Counted from the first letter of the stretch, positions 5,786 to 14,454 are shown. The stretch is DNA of 27,404 nt from a virus (IMGVR_UViG_3300027819_000008:1-27404); one strand, 5' to 3'. Numbers and translations are program-made. The notes: generated by a model from the letters alone, not told the origin.

Positions 5786-6255
5786 GCGCCCTCCGTGTTG
5801 TCCACGACCAGGAAGTCCCGGCCGCCGAGCGGCCACAGGTGCAGCCGCACCAGCTCCCAGCGCAGGCCCCCGTTCCCGCAGCCGACATGTGGGAGCACCA
5901 CCGGCAGGGCGGCCAGCTGGGGCTCATACCGCGCGAGCAGGTGGCGCGCGTACGTGAGGTCCTGCACGCTGCGCGCGATCAGCTGCAGGAGGACGGGCTC
6001 GCGCCAGTTGTCCTTGACGGGGAACGAGAACAGCCGCCAGGCCGGGAAGGCGCCAACGCGGTTCCCGGCCACGCCCAGCCAAGTACCTACGGCCGCCTGG
6101 AACCCGGGGAAGCGGCGCGCCGCCTGCAGCGCCAGCCCCCGGCCCATGACGCACGCCCCGTCCTTGCGGACGGTCCCGTTGGTCGGCACGGCGACCCAGT
6201 AGCCGCGCGCGTACCAGTCCCAGACGTCGCCGCTGACTTCGCGGAGGTCGCTCAC
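5782..6255 (-). CDS. Macro domain protein (Poa1p/OARD1/DarG-like ADP-ribose processing)
   Basis: VPTNGTV..GACVMGRGLALQAARRFP, FSFPVKDNW, LPHVGCGNGGLRWELV. Confidence 0.85.
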   Translation of the reverse strand: MSDLREVSGDVWDWYARGYWVAVPTNGTVRKDGACVMGRGLALQAARRFPGFQAAVGTWLGVAGNRVGAFPAWRLFSFPVKDNWREPVLLQLIARSVQDLTYARHLLARYEPQLAALPVVLPHVGCGNGGLRWELVRLHLWPLGGRDFLVVDNTEGA

Positions 6256-6473
6256 AGGCGCACCGGCCGCCCCGCACGGGTCGCGCGGTCCCAGTTGGGC
6301 TGGTGGCGCCGGCCGCGCAGGCTCATCCCGCAGCGGTTCTTGACGATCCTCACCCCGCCGCGCGGCCCGACCTTGAGGACGAGGTCGGAGAGGAACACGT
6401 GGTCCAGGTTGGGCCGGTCCCCCGTAAAGCGCCGGGCCTTGTTCGCGTGCACGAAGATCCACGTGGGCATCAC
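6252..6473 (-). CDS. Hypothetical 73-aa protein
   Basis: GTGA-coupled at both ends; contains VLKVGPRGGVR. Confidence 0.65.
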   Translation of the reverse strand: MMPTWIFVHANKARRFTGDRPNLDHVFLSDLVLKVGPRGGVRIVKNRCGMSLRGRRHQPNWDRATRAGRPVRL

Positions 6474-7396
6474 GCACCTCCCGGGTCGTCGGTTTGGCCC
6501 GCGCCGCCCAGCCCCACTCCCGGCGCGGGATGCTGCTCAGCTTCGGTCGCTACGATCCGGTCCCCGGCAAGGGCCTTCGCGTCGAGTTGCCGCCCGACAC
6601 CGCCAGCGTGTGGCGTCGCATCAGCTGGGTCGCTCACTCCTTGTATCTGCCGGACGTCGGTCCGGGGGACCTCGAGCACCCGGCCCCGGCCGTTGTCGGG
6701 CACGTACACGACCACCTGCTCCCGCACCTCCACCGGCCCCCCGTCCTTGCCCGTGAGCTCCGTGCGGTTGACGAGCAGCTTGCGGATCCTGGCGAGCACG
6801 CCGAGGGCCGGGACCTTCTCGTGGAGCTGCACGTGGCGCCGGACCCCGAACTCCCCGGGCGCCTCCTCGTAGCTCTTGACGACCGCGGCGACGTGGTCGG
6901 GCAGGTCCTCGATGCTCCTGCCCTCCCGCAGGAACTGGAGCGCGGCGTGCAGGTCCCGGGCGTCGCTGAACGCGACCTTCCCGAGCTCCTCGATGATCCG
7001 CTCGTCGGTGGCCTCCATCGCCTCGAGCTTGCGCCGGCACCACTCCACCACCTCCGGGTCGCGCAGCAGGTAGTGGGCGCGGACCCTGGCCGCGTTGTCG
7101 GTGGACGAAAGCCCCGCGGCCAGCGCCGAGGGCCCACCCTGCCCCGGCCCGAACCCCGGGCCCCCCGCGACGAAGTAGTGGACGAACTTCCGGCGCTTGG
7201 CCTGCAGGCGGAGGCGCTGGGCCTCCCGCTGCTCCCGCTCCCTGTCCCGGGTCGCGGTCCGCAGGCGCTGGGCCGTCAGGTGCAGCTGCCGCTGCCGCTC
7301 GTCGCGAACCGGCGCGGGGGCGGGCAGGGACTTCGGCGCGGAGGGCCGCGGGGTCCGCTTCTTCTTGGTGGTCGGCTTCCGCTTGGACTTCTTCAT
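6470..7396 (-). CDS. terS: Terminase small subunit (Terminase_2-like)
   Basis: Basic N-terminus; KRRKFVHYF...ALAAGLSS..AARVRAHYLLRDPEV; RIIEELGKVAFSD; EKVPALGVL; ELTGKDGGPVEV. Confidence 0.85.
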   Translation of the reverse strand: MKKSKRKPTTKKKRTPRPSAPKSLPAPAPVRDERQRQLHLTAQRLRTATRDREREQREAQRLRLQAKRRKFVHYFVAGGPGFGPGQGGPSALAAGLSSTDNAARVRAHYLLRDPEVVEWCRRKLEAMEATDERIIEELGKVAFSDARDLHAALQFLREGRSIEDLPDHVAAVVKSYEEAPGEFGVRRHVQLHEKVPALGVLARIRKLLVNRTELTGKDGGPVEVREQVVVYVPDNGRGRVLEVPRTDVRQIQGVSDPADATPHAGGVGRQLDAKALAGDRIVATEAEQHPAPGVGLGGAGQTDDPGGA

Positions 7397-7405
7397 TCCC
7401 GTCAA

Positions 7406-7603
7406 TTATACGCGCGACGACTTCTTGGTGTCCCGCCGGCAGTCGTCGCACACCACGGCGGTGAGGGCTGCCGCGAGGGCCGCGTCGGTGAGGGACGCCA
7501 GCTTCATCGGGCACCGGCAGTGGGCGCACTCCGTATCCGCTACGGTGTACGTGCGCCCCGTGTACACGTCCCTCACGGCAGCCACACCCAGCGGGCGGCT
7601 CAC
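7406..7603 (-). CDS. Small CxxC/CxxC hypothetical protein
   Basis: CAHCRCP...VCDDCRR; GTGA overlap. Confidence 0.55.
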   Translation of the reverse strand: MSRPLGVAAVRDVYTGRTYTVADTECAHCRCPMKLASLTDAALAAALTAVVCDDCRRDTKKSSRV

Positions 7604-7809
7604 GGGACCACCGCCACGATCTTGTTCTCGCCGCCGAGCGCGCACGCCCAGCAGGTGCCGTCCCGCTCGTGCTCCTCCATGGCCTCCTCCAGCGCCCGGC
7701 CGACCGACCCGGTCCCGGGGCAGCCGTTCTCCTCCACGACGAACTGGGCATCGGCGCCGTCGGGGAGCTCGATCTCGACCTCGTAGGTGCAGCGGACCCG
7801 GACGCGCAC
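7600..7809 (-). CDS. Hypothetical 69-aa protein
   Basis: VRCTYEVEIELPDG...TCWACALGGENKIV; GC3-rich codons. Confidence 0.7.
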   Translation of the reverse strand: MRVRVRCTYEVEIELPDGADAQFVVEENGCPGTGSVGRALEEAMEEHERDGTCWACALGGENKIVAVVP

Positions 7810-7936
7810 GGGTCAGCCCGCCCCCTGGGACTCGTAGACCGCCCGCCGCACTGCGGGCAGCGGTCGCCCCAGTGCATAGCGCAGCACCCGACCGTGTCGC
7901 CGGGGCGGCGGACACGCCACTGGCACCGTCTTCTTC

Positions 7937-8347
7937 TCACCCAAGGTCGTCCTCCTCCTGGTCGTCGTCTTCCGGCCGCAGGTCCCAGCAGTCCTCACAG
8001 CAGGCGGCGAGCCCGCGCTCCAGGCACCGCCCGCAGGGCCCGACCTCGTAGAGCGCCAGGAGCCGGCGCCCCAGCTCGGCGCGCTCGCGCTCGGCCGGGT
8101 AGCAGACCAGCCGGCGCAGGGAGAACCACGGGCGCACCTCCTCCACGTAGGGGTGCCGGGACCACTCCAGGTGGTTGCCATTCTCCGCCAGCACGTGGCA
8201 GTGCTCGGCGACGCGGCCGGCCACGAAGCTGCGGTGGTTCGAGGCGAACGCGGTCACGTCGATCGCCTCCCGCTCCTGGACGACCGCCGTGAGCCGGGCC
8301 CCGTCGCTCAGCCGCGGCAGCGGGCGGTAGAAGAACCGGCGGCTCAC
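7937..8347 (-). CDS. Hypothetical protein with C-terminal CxxC/CCxxC and acidic tail
   Basis: GTGA-coupled start; PCGRCLERGLAACCEDCW, EDDDQEEDD. Confidence 0.65.
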   Translation of the reverse strand: MSRRFFYRPLPRLSDGARLTAVVQEREAIDVTAFASNHRSFVAGRVAEHCHVLAENGNHLEWSRHPYVEEVRPWFSLRRLVCYPAERERAELGRRLLALYEVGPCGRCLERGLAACCEDCWDLRPEDDDQEEDDLG

Positions 8348-8736
8348 GGGAAGCACGCCGCCCAGTCCCGGAGCGCGGTGCGCACCCGGGTCACCGAGTT
8401 GATCTCGCCCACCACCCGCCCGTCGGCGTCCGTCACGACCACCGGGGGATACGCGCGGACGGCGAGCGCCCCGCGGATGCGGAGGGCCAGCGTCCGCGCG
8501 GGGTCGCGGACGGCGCGCCCCGAACCCTGCAGCGTCCCGTACAGCACGCCGGAGACGTCCCCCGATGCGGAGCGGTCCGCGAGGCGGAAGACTCCCACCG
8601 ACGCCAAGTCGTCGCGAGTCTTCTGCGCGCGGAGCCGGCCCCTCGCGCGCGCCCTTGAGGCCCCGGAGCCGGGGAAGCCGGGAACGTCGCGCCGGAGCCG
8701 CGCCTTGGCGTCGGACCCCCGGCCCGTGCGGTTCAC
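8344..8736 (-). CDS. Hypothetical basic protein
   Basis: GTGA-coupled at both ends (C-part of track ORF 8344..9129). Confidence 0.5.
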   Translation of the reverse strand: MNRTGRGSDAKARLRRDVPGFPGSGASRARARGRLRAQKTRDDLASVGVFRLADRSASGDVSGVLYGTLQGSGRAVRDPARTLALRIRGALAVRAYPPVVVTDADGRVVGEINSVTRVRTALRDWAACFP

Positions 8737-8909
8737 GGCTTCACCCGAAACACGTGGGGGCTCTCCGGCGTGGCCTCCAGGCTCGGGCGCCGGCCGTAGC
8801 GCCCGAAGTACCACGCCTCGTAGCACTCGAGATGGAACCCCGCGCCGCTGCGCTCCTCGACCCGCGGCGCGTACCGGGCGACGAGCATGCGGCAGCGCCC
8901 GCAGGTCAC
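8733..8909 (-). CDS. 58-aa CxxC...HxxC hypothetical protein
   Basis: TCGRC...FHLECY; GTGA overlaps. Confidence 0.6.
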   Translation of the reverse strand: MTCGRCRMLVARYAPRVEERSGAGFHLECYEAWYFGRYGRRPSLEATPESPHVFRVKP

Positions 8910-9298
8910 GGCTGCACCACCACGTGGTCCTCGGTCGGCTTGCCCATCTCCCTCGCCCGGTCGCGCGTCCACCCGCTGCCGTAGGTCTTCGTCTTGCTGC
9001 TGGTGATGCGGACCAGCGCGTCGCACTTCTGAGCGATCTGGAGGTTGCGCTCCATGAACCCGCCGGGACCGGCCCAGCGGCGAACCGTCGGCCGATAGAC
9101 GGAGATGCGGTCGCTCGGGTCGCCGCCAAAGACGATGTTGAAGTACTCGCGGGCGTACTCCTCGGCCATGCTGTCGACGCCCTTGGCGCCGCCGCTGGTG
9201 AACCCGCCGGGCCGGTACTTGTCGAACGCCCGCACGATCAGCCGCTTGGCCTCCGCGTTACCCTCCAGCAGGGTGCTGCCGACGACGGCCAAAATCAT
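8906..9298 (-). CDS. SLOG-superfamily (YspA/DUF2493-like) protein
   Basis: LAVVGS, SGGAKGVDSMAEEYA, RNLQIAQKCDAL, GSGWTRDRAREMGKP. Confidence 0.8.
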   Translation of the reverse strand: MILAVVGSTLLEGNAEAKRLIVRAFDKYRPGGFTSGGAKGVDSMAEEYAREYFNIVFGGDPSDRISVYRPTVRRWAGPGGFMERNLQIAQKCDALVRITSSKTKTYGSGWTRDRAREMGKPTEDHVVVQP

Positions 9299-9426
9299 CA
9301 GTGTACCTCCTCGCCGCAGGTGCGGCAGATGTAATGCGGCCCTCGGCGCGGGTCAATGTCGCGCCGGTACGTGGAGTGCCCGGTGCGCGCCACGTGCTCC
9401 GTGAGCGACTCCCTCGGCGTCTCCAT
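9298..9426 (-). CDS. 42-aa Zn-finger-like peptide
   Basis: HVARTGH...YICRTCGE; coupled overlaps. Confidence 0.5.
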   Translation of the reverse strand: METPRESLTEHVARTGHSTYRRDIDPRRGPHYICRTCGEEVH

Positions 9427-9533
9427 CACAGGCACCCCGCGCACACGCGCTTCTTCTTGTAGAGCATGGTGTCGCGCTCGCGGAGGGTCCGCCCGCAGCC
9501 GTCGCACCGGACCTCGGGGTTGATCTGGTCCAT
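9426..9533 (-). CDS. 35-aa CxxC/CxxC peptide
   Basis: MDQINPEVRCDGCG...RVCAGCL. Confidence 0.5.
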   Translation of the reverse strand: MDQINPEVRCDGCGRTLRERDTMLYKKKRVCAGCL

Positions 9534-9538
9534 GACGT

Positions 9539-9742
9539 CTACGAGCCGGGCCTGGACTGGCGCCGCTCGAGCTCGGCCTGGGCCTGGATCATGATGGACA
9601 GCGACGCCTGGATCTTGGCGATCTCCTTGTCGTCGCTGTACCCCACGCGCACCCGGCACAGCGCCAGGTCCTCGTCCTCGTACACCGGCGTCCACGACAG
9701 ACGGCGCAGCAGCTCCTTCAACTGTGTGCTGGTCAGCAGCAT
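9539..9742 (-). CDS. Hypothetical 67-aa protein
   Basis: Strong SD (GAGGAGG) and GC3-rich codons. Confidence 0.7.
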   Translation of the reverse strand: MLLTSTQLKELLRRLSWTPVYEDEDLALCRVRVGYSDDKEIAKIQASLSIMIQAQAELERRQSRPGS

Positions 9743-9907
9743 GGTTCGCGCCCTCCTCTTTGCGCCCGGGGTCCCGCACCACCCACCCCTCGCCGTACGG
9801 CTCCACGACCAGCGGCAGGTACCCGCTGAGCGCCCGCCCGTGGTCGTACGCGGTTGCCCAGGCTCGCGCGCCCTTGGCGTCGGGGAAGGACTTGACGATC
9901 CGGTTGA

Positions 9908-10102
9908 CTACTGCTGGGGCGGCAAGCCCCGCATCGGGGGGAACGACCTGCACACCCACCCCCGTCCCGGGTGGCGAGCCTCCTCCCGGGCGCGCCGGGC
10001 CAGCGACGCCATGAGCACCTTGAGCGGGGGTGGGGTCACCCCCGACATGCGCAGGGATTGGGACACGCGAACCGCGGCCGCGCGCAGGGACGAAGTCTTC
10101 AC
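9908..10102 (-). CDS. Hypothetical 64-aa basic protein
   Basis: AGGAGG SD upstream of GTG at 10102; GC3-rich frame. Confidence 0.5.
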   Translation of the reverse strand: MKTSSLRAAAVRVSQSLRMSGVTPPPLKVLMASLARRAREEARHPGRGWVCRSFPPMRGLPPQQ

Positions 10103-10316
10103 TGTCGTGATCCTCCTGCCCGGAAGTATAGGGGCGCGCCGGCCAGCGCGCAACCTTTTTCTCCGGACGGCACCCGTCCAGGGACATGACGAAGCCCGTG
10201 CGCCCGAGGTGCTCCACCCGCACCCGCAGCTGCCCGTGAGGGGCGGGACCGAGGTACGTATAGCGGTGCCCCCGCTGGGGGTCCACGTAGGCCCGCCCGA
10301 CGACCAGGTCCATCAC
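10099..10316 (-). CDS. Hypothetical protein, apparent -1 frame change near 10158
   Basis: Coupled start at 10316 (MDLVVGRAYVDP...). The TGA overlapping the next GTG is only reached by a -1 shift at GAG-AAA-AAG. Confidence 0.4.
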
Positions 10317-10579
10317 ACGGCGCCACCTGCGACGCGCCGGAAGGGGCGCAAGAACCGCTCGCGAGGGGTGCCGGCCAGCTGGGCGAGTTCACGGCGCTGA
10401 CCCTCGGCACTGCGCCGCAAGTTCTCGGCGTGGGCGAGCGCGGCGTACGGGCACGTACCGTCCGAGTTCAGGGATTCCCCCGGAAAGTCACCGTGCCGGC
10501 ACACCGCGCACGTCCGCCGATCACCGTCCGCCGGGACCGGCCCGCGCCGGGAGTCCCAGCGAACCATGCCGGGACTCAT
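10313..10579 (-). CDS. Hypothetical 88-aa protein (CxxC)
   Basis: ATGA-coupled start; TCAVCRHG...CPY. Confidence 0.55.
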   Translation of the reverse strand: MSPGMVRWDSRRGPVPADGDRRTCAVCRHGDFPGESLNSDGTCPYAALAHAENLRRSAEGQRRELAQLAGTPRERFLRPFRRVAGGAV

Positions 10580-11103
10580 TCCGCGTTGTATGCGCGGGCC
10601 ACCTGCGACCCGTCCCGATACGCGCCGAGGTCGGCAGTGTCTCCGCCGACGGACGCGCGCAGGGCCGCGAGGCGCCGCGCCTCGGCCACCTGCTCCGCGG
10701 TCCACTTTACCGGCCGACGGCGCGACGGCGGGTCCTTGTGGACGGGGCGGGTCGCGGCGTACGCGTTCATGATGGCGTCGGCATCCGCGGGCGACACGAG
10801 GAGTGCGAAGGTGCAGAGCAGGCGCCCCAGCGCGCGCCGACGGCCCTCCTCCTTGGAGTAGAGCCCACACTTCACGTCCTCCGGCGAACACATGGCAACG
10901 CCGGCCAGGAACCCCGTCAGGGGAAGGCGCGTGGCGTAATCGTAGCCGCCGAACTTGGCGCCTTCCTGCCGCAGAGGGATCAGCACGGCCTCCGTCGCCG
11001 GCCGGATGACCGCCTTCCCGGTCTTCTTGCTGAACCCGGCCAGGACTTCCGAGTACCGGAAGTCGAGCTGGTAGCGGCGCTGGTGCGCGTCCTTGACGAT
11101 CAT
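10576..11103 (-). CDS. Phage hypothetical protein
   Basis: AAGGAG SD; AMCSPEDVKCGLYSKEEGRRRALGRL resembles a C-S/H-P-x-D...G-R-x-x-A-L motif I associate with phage hypothetical proteins. Confidence 0.75.
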   Translation of the reverse strand: MIVKDAHQRRYQLDFRYSEVLAGFSKKTGKAVIRPATEAVLIPLRQEGAKFGGYDYATRLPLTGFLAGVAMCSPEDVKCGLYSKEEGRRRALGRLLCTFALLVSPADADAIMNAYAATRPVHKDPPSRRRPVKWTAEQVAEARRLAALRASVGGDTADLGAYRDGSQVARAYNAE

Positions 11104-11120
11104 GGGAGTTCTCCTTTTGG

Positions 11121-12071
11121 TCAGCGGCGACTCATCAGCTCTACTAACTTATCCGCTGCAGCGCAATCCTCTTCGTGCAGGCGCCCGTGGAGTTCCTGCG
11201 CGTCCTCAAACCCGAGCACCCGCGCCGTGTCCTCCGGCGTAGCCCTGGGCCAGGTGCGCGGCGCGTCGGGGTCACGGGTCGCCAGCACCGCCCCAAGTAG
11301 ATAGGCGCACACCCGCGAGCGGGCCGCCGGGCCGGCACCATAGATGCCCAAGGCGCGCCGCAGGACCGGCATCGGATGGGCGTAGTGGTAGGCCACCACG
11401 ACGTCCCGCCACGTGAAGGTGACATGGTCGCTCAGCGCGTCCCACGTGCGGCGCACGCGCCGGAGGTCCGCCGGCTCGTCGATGCTCAGCTTGAGAGCGG
11501 ACCAGTCCCCCTCCTGCGGGGGGAGGCGGAGGTTGAACACGCGCGACTCGTGGCGCCACATCCAGGTCGTCACGTGCTCCCGCTCGTCCGCGGCGGCCTC
11601 ACGGTCGGCCCGGAGCAGCAGCTCCGCGCTGAAGACCTCCATGTCGCAGCCGTCGTAGAACGTCGGGGGGTGGTCGTTGGAAGCGTACGCCGCGCCGGTG
11701 GACCGAAAGAGGGCGAGCAGCTCGCCGGCCAGGTTGGGGTCCAGCATCGGGCAGTCGCTGGTGAGGCGCATGATCACGTCGGCCCCGGTCGCGCGCTGGG
11801 CCTCCACGTACCCGGCCAGGACGTCATTCTTCCCCCCGGGCAGGGAGACCTGGCCGCGCGTCCACCCCACCCCCGCCCCGCGGCAGCGGTTGACGATCGC
11901 GTCGTCCCTGACATCGCGGGTCGTCGTCACGTGGACGACGTCCACCCCGGGAATGTGCTTGGCCCGTGCGAGGACGTGCGTCAGCACGGCCTGGCTCCCC
12001 ACGCGGCGAAGGACCTTGCCGGGGAGGCGGCTGCTGCCCATTCTTGCCTGAATGACCGCCGCCACGAGCAT
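11121..12071 (-). CDS. spsF: SpsF-like nonulosonate cytidylyltransferase (CTP_transf_3) with ~85-aa C-terminal extension
   Basis: VIQARMGSSRLPGKVL, DVLAGY, IMRLTSDCPMLDP, GCDMEVFS, EREHVTTWM, LKLSIDEPADL. Confidence 0.9.
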   Translation of the reverse strand: MLVAAVIQARMGSSRLPGKVLRRVGSQAVLTHVLARAKHIPGVDVVHVTTTRDVRDDAIVNRCRGAGVGWTRGQVSLPGGKNDVLAGYVEAQRATGADVIMRLTSDCPMLDPNLAGELLALFRSTGAAYASNDHPPTFYDGCDMEVFSAELLLRADREAAADEREHVTTWMWRHESRVFNLRLPPQEGDWSALKLSIDEPADLRRVRRTWDALSDHVTFTWRDVVVAYHYAHPMPVLRRALGIYGAGPAARSRVCAYLLGAVLATRDPDAPRTWPRATPEDTARVLGFEDAQELHGRLHEEDCAAADKLVELMSRR

Positions 12072-13033
12072 CACGAAACCTCCAGCACGACCTCGCGGCA
12101 CGACACGTCCGCGCCACCGAATCCCCGCTTAAAGAACTCTATGGCCCGCTCCTTGTCGCTGACCGCAGTCCCCTGCCACCCCAGGCTCGCGCAGGTCACG
12201 CCCAGCTCGGCCAAGGCGCGCAAGGCCTCCCACGCGAGCGCGTGCCCGACGTCGGGCGCAGTGTACGCGCCGGAGCTGTAGTACGCGGCCCCCCGGTAGG
12301 CGTTCCAGTACGCGGCGCCCCACGTCCCGGCGGCGTCCTCGGCCACGACCACGAGCGCGAGGCCAGCCGCCAGCCACTCCCGCTGCAGGCGGTAGGTCGC
12401 GTCGGCCCTGGGATGGTTCGTCATCCGGCGGTGGAGAACCACGTACTGGGAGAACAGCGCGGCCGCCGCCTCGGTGTCCCCAGTGGCCGACGAGATCCGG
12501 TACTTGCGCTGCCCCCGGTGAATCAGCGAGCGGTAGGACGCGCGCACCTCCGCCCACGCCGGGACACCGTCCACGACCCGCTGCGCGGCCGCAACGTAGC
12601 GCACTCCCCGGGCGTGCGCGCCGAGGCTCTGGTGGCGCGCGTCACAGAATGGGTGCTCCCAGAACCGCACCTTGCTCACGCCCTGCCGGCGCGCTTGCCG
12701 GCGGAGTTCCTCCAAGGCAAACCCGGCCGCGGTGGGGGAGGACGAGAGTGGGAGCGGCAGCGGGTCCCCGGAGTACGACAGCTCCCTCACCGGACCGGCC
12801 ACCCCGGCCACCCGATCCACGCGATGGACGAGCACAAGAGGGACGACGGCCAGCACCACGCCGTCATCGCTGAGCACCATGAACGAGGCCTGCTCGTTGC
12901 CCGGGCGAAACGCCAGCTGGTAGTGCAGCCACCCGGAGGTGTGCCAGAACCACCCCCCGGGATGGCTCTGCACGTACGCGTCCCACGCCCGCCAGTCACC
13001 GGGGGTGAAGCTGGCTGCCGCGCGAACCCTCAC
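12071..13033 (-). CDS. FemAB-related / GNAT-fold acyltransferase
   Basis: WDAYVQSHPGGWFWHTSGW...LAVVPL; VRASYRSLIHRG; AYYSSGA; ALAWEALRALAELG..ASLG; IEFFKRGFGG. Confidence 0.72.
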   Translation of the reverse strand: MRVRAAASFTPGDWRAWDAYVQSHPGGWFWHTSGWLHYQLAFRPGNEQASFMVLSDDGVVLAVVPLVLVHRVDRVAGVAGPVRELSYSGDPLPLPLSSSPTAAGFALEELRRQARRQGVSKVRFWEHPFCDARHQSLGAHARGVRYVAAAQRVVDGVPAWAEVRASYRSLIHRGQRKYRISSATGDTEAAAALFSQYVVLHRRMTNHPRADATYRLQREWLAAGLALVVVAEDAAGTWGAAYWNAYRGAAYYSSGAYTAPDVGHALAWEALRALAELGVTCASLGWQGTAVSDKERAIEFFKRGFGGADVSCREVVLEVS

Positions 13034-13926
13034 CGGCCCGACGCCACGCGGTAGCGCAAGTACCGGGTCATCGGCTCCTCGGCCGGCATCTGGCTGAGGT
13101 GACCGGCGCCGCAGAGGACCTCGGCCTGCCGGATGTTCGCGACGTAGACCGCGGCCTCCTCGGGCGTGCGCGCCACCTTGAAGTCGGCGTTGTCCTCCCG
13201 CGTCTCGCGGAGCCGCGCGTGGAACTCCACGATGCGCGCCCCGGCCGCGACCGCCAGCGCGCCCGTCATCGGGTGGCGCGTGTGGTCGGAGTAGCCGGCG
13301 AAGTTCACATCCCGGGTGAAATCCGAGAGCAGCGCGCCGAGATTGGCCTGCTCGTCGGGGCAGGGGTAAGCACTGACGCAGTGGAGCAGGCTCAGGTGCT
13401 GTAGCATGTCCAGGTGCCGCGCCGAGAACCTCTCGGCAACCTGCACGTACTGACTGGCCGCCTCCCGGGCGCGCCGGGCCCCGCCCATGCCGGCGCTGAG
13501 GATCACCGGCTTGTCCGGGAAGTCCGCGTGCATCGCGACGAAGTACACGTCGCCCGACTCGAAGCTGCTGACCTTGAATCGCCGCACGTACGGCGCGACG
13601 ACGGCGATGTCCTCCGGCAGGTAGATGGTGCACATGAACTCCAACCCCACGACCTCCGCCGCGAGCTGGAAGACCGTCAGCCACTCGCGGGGGAACGCCA
13701 GCGCGCGGTACGCATCCAGGTAAGGCAGCGCGCGCCGACGCTCGACCAGCCGCTCCGGCGAGGACAGCCACTGGAACTTGACCGCGTCGGCCCCGACGTC
13801 CCGGGCCAGCTTGATCAGGTCCACGGCGCGGTTGATCGCGAACTCGTGGGGGTAGTCGTGGCAGGCCGCGGCCTCCATGATCACGAAGGTCCGGCGCGTC
13901 GTGGTACCCGTGCCGTTGGTGATCAC
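13030..13926 (-). CDS. pseI: Nonulosonic acid synthase (NeuB/PseI family), no C-terminal SAF/AFP domain
   Basis: FVIMEAAACH, GADAVKFQ, FKVSSFE, KPVILSAGM, LLHCVSAYP, GYSDHT, AVAAGARIVEFH; 298 aa. Confidence 0.88.
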   Translation of the reverse strand: MITNGTGTTTRRTFVIMEAAACHDYPHEFAINRAVDLIKLARDVGADAVKFQWLSSPERLVERRRALPYLDAYRALAFPREWLTVFQLAAEVVGLEFMCTIYLPEDIAVVAPYVRRFKVSSFESGDVYFVAMHADFPDKPVILSAGMGGARRAREAASQYVQVAERFSARHLDMLQHLSLLHCVSAYPCPDEQANLGALLSDFTRDVNFAGYSDHTRHPMTGALAVAAGARIVEFHARLRETREDNADFKVARTPEEAAVYVANIRQAEVLCGAGHLSQMPAEEPMTRYLRYRVASGR

Positions 13927-14207
13927 GAGTCGCCTCCCGGCGCCACGTGCCGAACGTCCACGGGGGGTGGCCCGACGCTGGTCGGCAGGATCGCGTGGGT
14001 CAGGTTGCCGGTCACGACGCTGCCCGGCTTGATGTCGCTGCCGGGCGGCACGACGACCTCGATCATGATCTTCCCGCCGTCCTCCACCCGGACCCGACCG
14101 GTCGCCCGCAGCCCCCAGAGGCCGGTGACCCATGCAGCAGAGGTCTGAAACGTCGCCACCTGGATCCCGGCCAGCTTCGCCGGCGCTGAGGCCTTCTCGA
14201 TTGCCAT
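13923..14207 (-). CDS. Hypothetical 94-aa beta-rich protein
   Basis: ATG start, GTGA-coupled to the neuB-like gene; VRVEDGGKIMIEVVVP. Confidence 0.65.
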   Translation of the reverse strand: MAIEKASAPAKLAGIQVATFQTSAAWVTGLWGLRATGRVRVEDGGKIMIEVVVPPGSDIKPGSVVTGNLTHAILPTSVGPPPVDVRHVAPGGDS

Positions 14208-14226
14208 TTATCTACCCGTCTCTTTC

Positions 14227-14454
14227 TTACTTCAGCCAGTCCAGGTGTCTCGGCCAGCTCTGCTTCGGAATGTTGGCCCAGGCGAACGGCACCTCGCGCA
14301 GTGGAACCTCTATCCGTTTGCCCCACGTAACGGGCAACTGCCCTGAGCAAGGACCGCCAGAGGCGCCGCCGTAGAGCAACAACGACCCACCGCCGTCTAG
14401 TACGTTCGGAAAACCGATCAGCGACCCACCACCGTCGAGGACGCAGCCACTCAC
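14227..14454 (-). CDS. Hypothetical 75-aa protein with a VLDGGGSL repeat
   Basis: VSGCVLDGGGSLIGFPNVLDGGGSLLLYGG...; GTGA-coupled to the aminotransferase stop. Confidence 0.55.
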   Translation of the reverse strand: MSGCVLDGGGSLIGFPNVLDGGGSLLLYGGASGGPCSGQLPVTWGKRIEVPLREVPFAWANIPKQSWPRHLDWLK

